Made by a program: the position numbers and the translations under genes
Shown: positions 8,799-17,049 of the stretch, piece after piece
How the letters are laid out: each line of letters opens with the position of its first letter
Numbering within the stretch: position 1 is the first letter of the stretch
The notes under the pieces: model-generated
Databases searched by the model: none
What the model saw: the letters and a program-made list of their open reading frames with translations, nothing else
Told to the model about the DNA's origin: nothing
Assembly (NCBI GenBank): GCA_016185955.1
Contig: JACPMQ010000032.1
Span: 1-35,705, forward strand
Source of the DNA: Candidatus Woesearchaeota archaeon
GTDB lineage: Archaea > Nanobdellota > Nanobdellia > Woesearchaeales > GW2011-AR4
Length of the DNA: 35,705 nt
Reading direction: 5' to 3'

Positions 8799-9520
8799 TT
8801 TCTTGCCTTTACAATAATATAATGGCTATGATAGGGGTCTATACCTGATAAGGGTTTTGCCATTAATGGAAGCAATGGGTAATAGCCAAAGCCTTTTATA
8901 AGCTCTATTTTTAAATTAAAGTCATTTAACAATCCTGTTAAGGCTCTGGTTGTCATAACCTTAATATGCTCTAAGTCCTTTGTTTTATTTCCATAAAAAA
9001 CCTTATCGAGCCTTTTTTTGTTTATTTTTTTGACTAATGAAATATCAGACTCGTAATCCGGCTTTATTGTAGGGCCTGAAAAAGGCTGTAATCCGAGCAG
9101 CAAAGCAAAGACATTGTGCCAGCTTGCTAAATTTGGAGTTCCTATAACCGCATAACCGTTTTTTTTTAGCACTCTGTGGATTTCTGATATAAAATTTCTC
9201 ACATCGACAAGATGCTCTATTACATGATTGGCAATTACAACATCAAAAAAATTATCTTGATACGGGAAACTTTTGTTTAAATCGGAAACTTTGACCTTTA
9301 CGCTGTTTTTTAATGCCTGCATGGCTTTTTGCTTGTTTATTTCTATCCCGTAAAGCAGGTTTGTTCCTATAAAACTGCCAAACTTTTTTGTGTTGTTGCC
9401 ATCCCAGCAGCCGCAGTCCAGAAGCTTTGCATTTCTGTTTTTTTCAAGAAGCGAGTGAAGAGAATTTTTATATTCTTCTTCAGTATTTTTGTATAAATAA
9501 GAAAAGTAACCCTTTAACAT
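8795..9520 (-). CDS. class I SAM-dependent methyltransferase
   Basis: LLDCGCWDGNNT motif I and FDVVIANHVIEHL. Start moved to ATG 9520 (MLKGYFSY) to remove the overlap with the upstream gene's stop at 9525. Confidence 0.8.
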   Translation of the reverse strand: MLKGYFSYLYKNTEEEYKNSLHSLLEKNRNAKLLDCGCWDGNNTKKFGSFIGTNLLYGIEINKQKAMQALKNSVKVKVSDLNKSFPYQDNFFDVVIANHVIEHLVDVRNFISEIHRVLKKNGYAVIGTPNLASWHNVFALLLGLQPFSGPTIKPDYESDISLVKKINKKRLDKVFYGNKTKDLEHIKVMTTRALTGLLNDFNLKIELIKGFGYYPLLPLMAKPLSGIDPYHSHYIIVKARK

Positions 9521-9524
9521 AAAA

Positions 9525-10406
9525 TCAACTCCTGAACATGTCTGCAAGCAGCGCAAATGTCAAAAGCTGAAAGCCTATGCTTAATATCAGCACATTGAGC
9601 ATCAACAATGCAATATGTCCTGAAATGCCTGTAGTAAAGTGCAGATAAACCATATAAAATCCGAGCAAAACTCCAATTGAGAATATCAAAAAGCCAATAA
9701 TTCCAAAAAGCCTTAATGGCTTGTAGTCCCTGTAAATTCTTATAATATTAATCCATGCCCTCAATGCATAAGAAAAAGGATTCCTTATTAGCCTGCTTTT
9801 GTCTTTTCGTTTTGCAAAATAGATGGGCACTTCCTTAACTTTAAACTTGTTTTTAACTGCCCTTAAAATTTGCTCTTGAGTGTAAGTATGGTCGGACTTT
9901 ATAGCCACTTTTCTGGCAAAATTGCCTGTAAACGCCCTAAATCCTGTTTGAGCATCAGAAATATCGGTTTCTGCAATCTGGGATACCGCCTTAGAGAAAG
10001 CAATGTTTCCAATACGGTTTATAAAGGGCATATGCTCTATTTTTCCCATAAACCTGCTGCCAAGCACAAGCTCATAGCCATTTTGTATTTCCCTGATTAA
10101 TTTTGGTATTTCCTCTGGCTGATATTGCAAATCAGCATCAATATGGACAATTATATCTGCGCCAAGCTCCAAAGACTTCTCTATTTCTGTCCTAAAAGTT
10201 TCTGCCAGCCCATAATTTTTCGGATGGGAATAAACAACTGCTCCAGCATTTTTTGCTATTTTTGTCGTGCTATCTTTGCTTCCGTCATCAACAACAAGAA
10301 TTTCGTAATTATACTTATTGCTTTTCATTATCTTATGTATTTTATTTATAACTGCACCTATTGTCTTTTCTTCGTTGTATGACGGTATTGTCACTATTAT
10401 TTTCAT
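9525..10406 (-). CDS. family 2 glycosyltransferase, dolichyl-phosphate hexose synthase-like (C-terminal TM helices)
   Basis: IVTIPSYNEE, VVDDGSKDST, HIDADLQY (DXD) and two C-terminal TM helices. ATG 10406 gives an ATGA overlap with the upstream gene. Confidence 0.85.
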   Translation of the reverse strand: MKIIVTIPSYNEEKTIGAVINKIHKIMKSNKYNYEILVVDDGSKDSTTKIAKNAGAVVYSHPKNYGLAETFRTEIEKSLELGADIIVHIDADLQYQPEEIPKLIREIQNGYELVLGSRFMGKIEHMPFINRIGNIAFSKAVSQIAETDISDAQTGFRAFTGNFARKVAIKSDHTYTQEQILRAVKNKFKVKEVPIYFAKRKDKSRLIRNPFSYALRAWINIIRIYRDYKPLRLFGIIGFLIFSIGVLLGFYMVYLHFTTGISGHIALLMLNVLILSIGFQLLTFALLADMFRS

Positions 10407-10969
10407 AAGGCTGTTATTAAACTGCATCTATCGCATTTAATTGCATTTTTAATTTTTCTGGCTTTAAAGCCGCATTTGCAGACATACCCTTTAAGCTTTG
10501 CGGGATTGCCATAAACAAGCGCATAATCCGGAACATCTTTTGTTACTACACTTCCAGCGCCTATCATGGCAAACTTTCCAATTGTTATGCCGCATAATAT
10601 TGTTGAATTTGCTCCCAAAGAAGCTCCGTATTTTATTCTCGTTTTTGCTATTTTCCAATCAGAATAGCCTTTTAATGTTCCATCAGCTTTTATGGCTCTC
10701 GGCATCAAGTCATTAGTAAAACATACATGAGGACCTATAAAAACGCCATCTTCAATTGCAACTCCATGATAGATTGACACATTATTCTGTATTTTCACCT
10801 TATTGCCAATAATAACATTTTCATCTATATAAACATTCTTGCCTATAACGCAGTCATTGCCTATTTTTGCGCCTTTTCTGATATGAGCATTATGCCATAT
10901 TTTGGTGTTAATGCCAATATCATGGCTTTCTATAAAAGCGCTTTTATGAAAAAAACTGTTTTGTTGCAT
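10403..10969 (-). CDS. hexapeptide-repeat sugar N-acetyltransferase (WbpD/WlbB-like) with C-terminal zinc-ribbon tail
   Basis: Left-handed beta-helix repeats (IGNDCVIGKNVYIDENVIIGNKVKIQNNVSI). C-terminal CKCG...CDRC motif. Confidence 0.85.
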   Translation of the reverse strand: MQQNSFFHKSAFIESHDIGINTKIWHNAHIRKGAKIGNDCVIGKNVYIDENVIIGNKVKIQNNVSIYHGVAIEDGVFIGPHVCFTNDLMPRAIKADGTLKGYSDWKIAKTRIKYGASLGANSTILCGITIGKFAMIGAGSVVTKDVPDYALVYGNPAKLKGYVCKCGFKARKIKNAIKCDRCSLITAL

Positions 10970-11006
10970 TATATCAACTCTTTTTATACACTCTTTTTAT
11001 AATTTA

Positions 11007-11021
11007 CGAAAATTTATAAAC
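11007..11021 (+). promoter_or_regulatory. BRE/TATA promoter (cgaaaatttataaac)
   Basis: Matches the motif seen upstream of Hef (26641-26655) and of gene 12899 (rc of 12921-12936). Lies back-to-back with a minus-strand cgtaaattataaaaag element (rc of 10993-11008) that serves gene 10969. Confidence 0.55.
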
Positions 11022-11128
11022 AAATTAATGCCTCATATTTCTGGATGTAAAAATTCCGCCAATTGCTATGATGGTAGTTTTTGACATTTGGCATCGTTTT
11101 GCTTTGGCATAGATCGTCATTGCCAAAA

Positions 11129-11159
11129 CACTAAAAAATCCGAAAACGGATTTTTGGTG
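11129..11159 (+). terminator. hairpin plus T-runs upstream of the GT2 start codon
   Basis: aaaaatccg-aaaa-cggattttt core (9 bp) extendable to cac(t)..ggtg, followed by gttttg. Ends 18 nt before ATG 11177. Confidence 0.45.
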
Positions 11160-11176
11160 TTTTGATTAAAAGAAAA

Positions 11177-11878
11177 ATGGAGTCTCTAACTGTATTAATT
11201 CCAGCACATAACGAAGAAAGGCTTATTGGAAATACTTTGCCGCATATTCTTAATTACTTAAAGTCCCTAAAAGTAGATTTTGAGATTATTGTCTGCATTA
11301 ACAGCAGCACTGATAAAACAGAGCAGATTGTAAGCTCATTCAGCAAGAAAGACAAAAGAGTAAAGTACTTGCTAATAAAAGAAAAAGGCTTCGGAATTGC
11401 CGTCAGAAAAGGGATTAAATCTGCAAAAAAAAATGTAATTGTGTATATGCCTGCTGACAATGAGGTTGATAAAAGCTTTATTGGGATGGCGCTAAAGCAG
11501 ATTAAGGATTATGACGTTGTTTCTGGCTCAAGATACCTCGATAAGGATTATTTGTTAGAAGACTTATTCAGGGACTTTCTGAGCAGGGCTTATGCCAAAA
11601 TAACAAGGGCATTTATTTCAAATAAAATCACTGAGTGTGGAACTGTTAAGATGTATAAAAGCAAATGGGCAAAAGAATTTGTGGAATATTGCACGCGCGA
11701 TGGCTGGGATTTTCAGCTGGAAGAGCTTTATCTTGCATTAAAGCACAAAAAAAAGATTGTTGAGATTCCCATAAAAGTTAATGAGCAAAATGAAAGGCAG
11801 TCAAAAGTCCATGTTGTCAGCACAACACTGTCACTTTTAAAGTCTGTTATGAAATACTGGATAAAGTTAAGAGTTTAG
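11177..11878 (+). CDS. family 2 glycosyltransferase
   Basis: LIPAHNEE and MPADNE (DXD-like). The track start 11162 is TTG. First ATG at 11177 (MESLTVLIPAHNEE). Confidence 0.8.
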   Translation: MESLTVLIPAHNEERLIGNTLPHILNYLKSLKVDFEIIVCINSSTDKTEQIVSSFSKKDKRVKYLLIKEKGFGIAVRKGIKSAKKNVIVYMPADNEVDKSFIGMALKQIKDYDVVSGSRYLDKDYLLEDLFRDFLSRAYAKITRAFISNKITECGTVKMYKSKWAKEFVEYCTRDGWDFQLEELYLALKHKKKIVEIPIKVNEQNERQSKVHVVSTTLSLLKSVMKYWIKLRV

Positions 11879-11879
11879 A

Positions 11880-12899
11880 TTATTCAACAGAAACAGGCTT
11901 CCTTTGTATGCCCGATTCCAACATCAAGAGGGCTATTTCCAATGCTCTTAAGGCTTCCCATGGATTATCCATCAAAGGCTTTTTGTTTTTTCTTACGCAT
12001 TCCATTAAATGCTCAAGCTCAAGTTTCAAAGGCTCTTCTTTTTTGATAGGATACTCTATAATTTTGCCTGAGCTTATGTTTCCAGAAAGAAAAACACTCT
12101 TGTAATAATCCAAGCCATTTGTCATCTGGCCGCTTTCTGAATTTTCATAAAATTTTAAAGTCTGCTCTTGGTAGTTGCCTTCAAGCACGCCCTTTGTGCC
12201 GTAAATATTAATTGTCCTGACTCTCTTTGGAGACACCCAACTGAATTCAGAAGAGCCGTTAATATCGGCTCCAATTTTAAACAGAGACTTGCAATAAATT
12301 GACACTTTCTCAGAAAGTATCAATTGAGAGTATACTTGTTTTATTTCCCCGATAAGGTAACTAATAATATCTATATCATGTATAGCCAAATCTATCAAGA
12401 CACCAACATCTTTTATTCTTTTTGGGTATGGCCCTGCTCTAACGGTATTAACAAGATAAATATCTCCAAGCATGCCTTCATCAATGAATTTTTTTATTTG
12501 CGTCACGACAGGATTAAACCTTTCAATATGCCCTACTACAAGCAATTTTTTATGCTTGTCTGCAGCATCTATCATCTCCTTAGCTTCTGCAACAGTGGCT
12601 GATATTGGCTTTTCGACAAAAACATCTATGCCTTTTTTTATGCAATCTAATGTTATTTGCTTATGCTTGGCTGTCGGCACAGCTATCAAAACAACATCAA
12701 GATTATGCTTGCTTATCATATCCTTATAAGAAATATATTTGTTAGGCACACTGAATGTGTTGGAAACCTTGTCTAAAGTCTCTTTATTGGAATCTGATAT
12801 TGCAACCAGCTTCACATTTTCCATGCCAAGCAGAACTCTTATATGGTTATAGCCCATTACGCCTGCTCCAATGACTCCAACATTTAATGCCCTGCTCAT
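11880..12899 (-). CDS. Gfo/Idh/MocA family NAD-dependent sugar oxidoreductase (WbpB-like)
   Basis: GVIGAGVMG Rossmann motif and FVEKPIS (EKP) motif. Consensus BRE/TATA (rc of 12921-12936) about 27 nt upstream of the ATG. Confidence 0.85.
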   Translation of the reverse strand: MSRALNVGVIGAGVMGYNHIRVLLGMENVKLVAISDSNKETLDKVSNTFSVPNKYISYKDMISKHNLDVVLIAVPTAKHKQITLDCIKKGIDVFVEKPISATVAEAKEMIDAADKHKKLLVVGHIERFNPVVTQIKKFIDEGMLGDIYLVNTVRAGPYPKRIKDVGVLIDLAIHDIDIISYLIGEIKQVYSQLILSEKVSIYCKSLFKIGADINGSSEFSWVSPKRVRTINIYGTKGVLEGNYQEQTLKFYENSESGQMTNGLDYYKSVFLSGNISSGKIIEYPIKKEEPLKLELEHLMECVRKNKKPLMDNPWEALRALEIALLMLESGIQRKPVSVE

Positions 12900-12920
12900 C
12901 CTATTTCAATAAAATGGTGC

Positions 12921-12936
12921 TATTTTTAAATTTTCG
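12921..12936 (-). promoter_or_regulatory. BRE/TATA promoter of the oxidoreductase gene (cgaaaatttaaaaata on the minus strand)
   Basis: About 27 nt upstream of ATG 12899. Confidence 0.55.
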
Positions 12937-12963
12937 TATGGTATCTGCTAACACGCCATAAAA

Positions 12964-13111
12964 GGTTTTTGCGAAAGTCGGTGCTTGTGCGCAATTGCCA
13001 ATTCTGAAAGCTCCGCAGGATTGTGATAAACGACCTGAGCAATGCCGCAGCATTGCGAGGTTGAGAGGAATGTATGGCTCCGCACAAGCACAATTAGATT
13101 TCGCAAAAACC
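12964..13111. repeat. GC-rich palindromic repeat element, copy A (terminal inverted repeats ggtttttgcgaaa..gtgcttgtgcg)
   Basis: Left arm 12964-12991 and right arm 13081-13111 are inverted repeats (13 + 11 perfectly matching nt around a short bulge). The interior contains hairpin gcaatgc-cgca-gcattgc (13039-13056). An outer, weaker inverted repeat pairs 12941-12957 with 13128-13144. Confidence 0.8.
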
Positions 13112-13147
13112 CTGCTTCTCGGACAAAGCCATGTTAGCAGTTACTAT

Positions 13148-13164
13148 GTAAAACTTTATAAATC
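13148..13164 (+). promoter_or_regulatory. BRE/TATA promoter of the epimerase gene (gtaaaactttataaatc)
   Basis: TATA 13155-13163 lies about 23 nt upstream of ATG 13182. Confidence 0.55.
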
Positions 13165-13181
13165 ATGTATTAATTCAATTT

Positions 13182-14090
13182 ATGATGAAAGCTTTTGTCA
13201 CAGGCGGTTCTGGATTTATGGGGCTTTCCCTTGCAAATAAATTGCTTAGCCAAGGGCATAAAGTCAAAATACTGGACTTAAAAGAGCCGGAGATAAAACA
13301 CAAAAACCTTGAGTTTGTCAAAAAATCAGTAGTAAACGAAATAAAAGACGACATTAAAGGTAGCGACATATTATTTCATTTTGCAGCGCTCTTGGGAGTA
13401 GAAAATTCTGATAAAATGCCTTTGGAAACAATGAGAATAAATTTAGAAGGCTCTGTTAATGTGTTTAAATCAGCTATGGAAGCCAATGTTAAGGACATTA
13501 TTTTTTCATCTTCCTCAGAAGTTTATGGAAATCCAAGGGAGCTTCCTATAAAAGAAGATAGCGTTAAAGGTCCCATTTCAACTTACGGAGTTTCAAAGCT
13601 TGCCGCAGAAATTTATGCTAAAGCCTATAATCATGAATGTGGAAGCAGCATAAAGATAGCAAGGTTTTTCAATGTATACGGCCCAAGGCAATCAAATAAT
13701 TTTGTTGTGCCTATATTTATTGATAATGCCCTGCAAAATAAGCCAATTAAGGTTTTTGGCAATGGCTCGCAGACAAGATGCTTTACTTATGTGGATGATG
13801 CAATTGATGGCATCTTTAAAGTAGTTGAAAAAGGAAAAACAGGAGAAGCTTATAATATAGGCAATAATCACCCGACTACTATTTTGCAGCTTGCTGAGAC
13901 AATAAAAGAGCTTGCCAACAGCAAATCAGAGATAATTAAAGTTGATTTCGGCAAGAATACAAGAACAAAGGAAAGAGAAATAGATTACCGCATTCCAGAC
14001 ATATCAAAAATGAATGCTCTTGGTTGGGAGCCAAGAATAAGGATTGTTGAGGGAATAAAAAAAATTCTTGAGTGGAAAAGAAATAATTAA
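13182..14090 (+). CDS. NAD-dependent nucleotide-sugar epimerase/dehydratase (SDR family)
   Basis: VTGGSGFMG, SSSEVYG and YGVSKLAAE (YxxxK). TATA 13155-13163 lies about 23 nt upstream. Confidence 0.88.
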   Translation: MMKAFVTGGSGFMGLSLANKLLSQGHKVKILDLKEPEIKHKNLEFVKKSVVNEIKDDIKGSDILFHFAALLGVENSDKMPLETMRINLEGSVNVFKSAMEANVKDIIFSSSSEVYGNPRELPIKEDSVKGPISTYGVSKLAAEIYAKAYNHECGSSIKIARFFNVYGPRQSNNFVVPIFIDNALQNKPIKVFGNGSQTRCFTYVDDAIDGIFKVVEKGKTGEAYNIGNNHPTTILQLAETIKELANSKSEIIKVDFGKNTRTKEREIDYRIPDISKMNALGWEPRIRIVEGIKKILEWKRNN

Positions 14091-15370
14091 TGCCTTCCAA
14101 TGCCCCTGTAAGTTATGCCTAATGACTTTATCTTCTCTTTGTCCATGCAATTTCTACCGTCAATCACTATTTTTATATTATTTTCCTTAAGGGTTTTTGC
14201 ATCAATGTTTTTGAACATTTTATGCTCAGTTACTAAGATGATATAATCAGACTTTTTTAACAATTCATTCAGACTTGAAACATTTGATTTGGATTTTATG
14301 TAAGGATCAAATATAAAAATTTCTGCGTCCTTGCCTTTTAATATTTCAATTATTCTTAATGCAGGGCTTTCCCTTATGTCATCAACATCTGCCTTGTAAG
14401 CCAATCCAAGAATACCTATCTTTGCATTTTCAATTTTTTTGCCTTTTTTGTCCAGCTCTTCTTCTAAAAGAGACACTGTATAAGAAGGCATGCTCTCATT
14501 TATTTCTCTTGCCAAGGAAAGAAATTTGTGCTCAAAGCCAAGCTGCCTTGCTTTTGATATTAAGTAATATGGATCAATGCTTATGCAATGCCCGCCAACA
14601 CCGGCTCCAGGATAATGAGGCATAAATGCAAAAGGCTTTGTGGAAGCGCCTTTGATTACCTCAATAATATCCACGTTTGCTTTATCAAAGCTTTTTGCCA
14701 TTTCATTTACAAATGCAATATTCACATCTCTGAAAGTGTTTTCCATTATTTTGGTGGCTTCAGCGTCTTTTACGCTTTTTAGCTCGACAATCTGCGCATT
14801 TATTATGCTCCTGTAGAATTCAGCAGCCTTTTTTGCAGCTTCTTTTGTGATTCCGCCAATAACTCTTGGCAAAATGTCTATAGTCCATTTTTTGTTTCCT
14901 GGATCGATTCTTTCAGGGCAATGCGCCACAAAAACATCATTCTTGCAAGCGTCAATTTTATTGTTTTTTAAAATAGGCAGGATTATCTCTTCCACTGTTC
15001 CAGGATAAATTGTTGATTCTATTACAAGAACTGATTTTTTCTTTATTGACTTGGCTATTGATGACGCTGCATCTTTTAATGCAGTTAAATCAGGAGAATT
15101 GTCTTTATTTACAGGAGTAGGCACGCAAACTATAATAAACTCTGAGTTCGGAATGCATTCATTAGCATCTGCTGTCGCATAGATATTATTCTTAAGAGAT
15201 TTTAACTTTTTAATTATATACTCGTCATCAATAGGGCTTTTTTTCTGGTTTATCAGCTCAACTTTGTTTTTATTTGTTTCAAAGCCATATACTTTATATC
15301 CTTTTTCAGCGCACAGGCATGCCAAAGGCAGTCCAACATATCCTAAGCCTACAATTGTGACTGTTTTCAT
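14087..15370 (-). CDS. nucleotide-sugar 6-dehydrogenase (UDP-GlcNAc/UDP-ManNAc dehydrogenase, WbpA/WecC-like)
   Basis: IVGLGYVGLPLA N-terminus and catalytic Cys block GVGGHCISIDP. Typical family length of 427 aa. Confidence 0.9.
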   Translation of the reverse strand: MKTVTIVGLGYVGLPLACLCAEKGYKVYGFETNKNKVELINQKKSPIDDEYIIKKLKSLKNNIYATADANECIPNSEFIIVCVPTPVNKDNSPDLTALKDAASSIAKSIKKKSVLVIESTIYPGTVEEIILPILKNNKIDACKNDVFVAHCPERIDPGNKKWTIDILPRVIGGITKEAAKKAAEFYRSIINAQIVELKSVKDAEATKIMENTFRDVNIAFVNEMAKSFDKANVDIIEVIKGASTKPFAFMPHYPGAGVGGHCISIDPYYLISKARQLGFEHKFLSLAREINESMPSYTVSLLEEELDKKGKKIENAKIGILGLAYKADVDDIRESPALRIIEILKGKDAEIFIFDPYIKSKSNVSSLNELLKKSDYIILVTEHKMFKNIDAKTLKENNIKIVIDGRNCMDKEKIKSLGITYRGIGRH

Positions 15371-15446
15371 TCGTCAAAAAAACTTAAGTTAATTTATAAA
15401 ACTTGTTATAAAGTTTGCCGATTAAATTTGTTTAGTTTGGTGCATA

Positions 15447-15470
15447 TAAGCCAAAGCGGTGGCGAATGCC
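15447..15470. repeat. solo copy of taagccaaagcggtggcg(a/t)atgcc repeat
   Basis: 24 nt identical to 28928-28951 except for one position. There is no local inverted partner for the ccaaagcgg part. Confidence 0.7.
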
Positions 15471-15614
15471 GCCTTTTGCCGGCATCATCAAGCTACATAA
15501 TAACAAAGTTCAGAGGGTTGGCTACGACGGAGCATGACCGATACTGCACTATAATCAAAAATGGCTACTCGCCACTTATCAGTTTATTTGACAAATTCAA
15601 CACCTTCCATGCCT

Positions 15615-16094
15615 TTAAACATATAATCTCCTAATTTTATTTATCAGCTGGGTTGTAGAATGCCCCTTAACAAGAGGTATAAGCGCAATTTTGCCTTTAT
15701 TTTTTTCTACAGCATCTTTTTCTATTATCTGGCTTATATTATAATCGCTGCCTTTTGCGTGTATATTGGGCTTGATTATCTCCAGAATTTTTATAGGATT
15801 ATCTTCGCTGAAAATTGTGGCATAATCAATACATTCAAGCGAAGCTAAGGCTTCTGCCCTGTCATTTTCATTGTTTAATGGCCTTTTAGGTCCTTTGATT
15901 TTTTTAACAGAGCTGTCCGAATTTACTGCAACAATTAAGACATCTCCGAGCTTTTTGGCTTCCTGCAAATACCTTATATGGCCTATATGCAAGATGTCAA
16001 AAACGCCATTTGTTGTAACTATTTTTTTATTCTGCTTCTTTAGGTTTTCAACTGTTTTTTTTAGTGCTTCTTTAGTTAAGATTTTTTTGCGCAT
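15615..16094 (-). CDS. cytidylyl/adenylyltransferase-like protein (RfaE domain II / RibL-like)
   Basis: TNGVFDILHIGHIRYL (HxGH nucleotidyltransferase motif) and VAVNSD. Start moved to ATG 16094 (MRKKILTKE) to avoid overlap with the stop of the upstream gene at 16108. Confidence 0.8.
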   Translation of the reverse strand: MRKKILTKEALKKTVENLKKQNKKIVTTNGVFDILHIGHIRYLQEAKKLGDVLIVAVNSDSSVKKIKGPKRPLNNENDRAEALASLECIDYATIFSEDNPIKILEIIKPNIHAKGSDYNISQIIEKDAVEKNKGKIALIPLVKGHSTTQLINKIRRLYV

Positions 16095-16107
16095 TTTAGC
16101 AAAAACC

Positions 16108-17049
16108 CTATATGACAACCTTTAAAACATTTATTTGTTTTAAAATCGTTGATTTATAGCCATACTTTAGTTCGATATTCAGAGGGCTTGTAAAAGTAGG
16201 TATATTTTTAAAATCTTCTTTGTCAAGTGTGCATATTGCAAAGCCCTGCCCGTTAAAAAGCCTTATCTTATTATTCTCAGCATTGCATTTCAGTTCTTGC
16301 TGTCCTAAAGTGACTTTTACAAGCTCCACTTTATCAAAGTCATCTCTTTCAAGCCTTTTGTCTCCATAAGGATTGCATTTTTCCAAAACCTCGCGGTTTA
16401 TTACATCACCATTTCCAGCATTGCTTATGCTTATCTTAAAATGAATCTTATCAGATGAAACCTCCTCGTCAATTCTTGTAACTGCAACAGGCGCTCCTTG
16501 TGAGGTTAGAGTTTTGCTTTCTGCACTGCAAACCTTATTTTTTTCTAATGGGGCTGTATCAACACATACGCTTGCAGCAGCCTTTGTGGCATAAGAATAG
16601 CATAAAGTAGCCATAATATTGGCTTCGTATTTTTCAGCCCTTAATTTTTCCGATAAAATTTTTCCATCAAATTGGATATTATCTAAGCTGCCTTCAGGAT
16701 AAGCAACAAATGCGCTCGGCAATAAAACATCTGCTAAATCCTTTTCCTTCTCAATATCAATAATAGATTTGTCAAAGCCGCTGATGTAAACCTTGCCATC
16801 AATTTTTTGCTCTTCAGTTTCAGGGTAAGCGCCTTTGTTTCTAATTTCCAATATAATATCCACAGGCACGTCTTTTTCTATTGTGTATTTTTCCTGAGGA
16901 TAATCCTTAATAAAATCTATAGTAATCCCTTCTGTCCCCTTTAGCTCTTTGTCGGAAAAACTCTCTTCTTTTATGCAGCCAGAAATTATATTAACGGCAA
17001 AAAGCAGCAACATGACAAAAAAAATCCTTGGTTTTATAAAATCTGCCAT
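16108..17049 (-). CDS. lipobox lipoprotein, paralog of 17050-18015, unknown family
   Basis: Signal peptide ending in ISGC. Shares KGTEG(I/L)T..F, RNKGAY, A.CY.Y.TKA..SVC.D, QGAPVAVT and YGY blocks with the adjacent gene. Confidence 0.65.
   Translation of the reverse strand: MADFIKPRIFFVMLLLFAVNIISGCIKEESFSDKELKGTEGITIDFIKDYPQEKYTIEKDVPVDIILEIRNKGAYPETEEQKIDGKVYISGFDKSIIDIEKEKDLADVLLPSAFVAYPEGSLDNIQFDGKILSEKLRAEKYEANIMATLCYSYATKAAASVCVDTAPLEKNKVCSAESKTLTSQGAPVAVTRIDEEVSSDKIHFKISISNAGNGDVINREVLEKCNPYGDKRLERDDFDKVELVKVTLGQQELKCNAENNKIRLFNGQGFAICTLDKEDFKNIPTFTSPLNIELKYGYKSTILKQINVLKVVI

Noticed and set aside
12969-13076. Copies A and B of the repeat as a diversity-generating retroelement TR/VR pair
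   Set aside because: Mismatches between the copies involve all four bases rather than adenine-specific changes. Both copies are non-coding and no reverse transcriptase gene is present in the window.
12995-13240. 81-aa ORF on the plus strand between the oxidoreductase and epimerase genes
   Set aside because: It starts at a non-ATG codon, lies entirely in the GC-rich palindromic repeat plus the epimerase promoter, and overlaps the epimerase start out of frame. The second copy of the repeat (26425-26626) does not preserve the reading frame; for example, ATG is followed directly by TAA.
15447-15575. Possible tRNA or split-tRNA half in GC-rich intergenic patches (also at 25021-25080, which starts ggggcggtagg)
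   Set aside because: I could not build a cloverleaf. There is no GG D-loop, no GTTC(G/A)A T-loop, and no 7-nt anticodon loop closed by a 5-bp stem. Only the first ~9 nt of 25021 resemble a tRNA 5' end.
15428-15634. 68-aa plus-strand ORF in the ugd-cytidylyltransferase spacer
   Set aside because: It covers the repeat copy at 15447-15470 and the GC-rich spacer, and it runs into the 3' end of the convergently read gene. There is no start context and no recognisable motifs.
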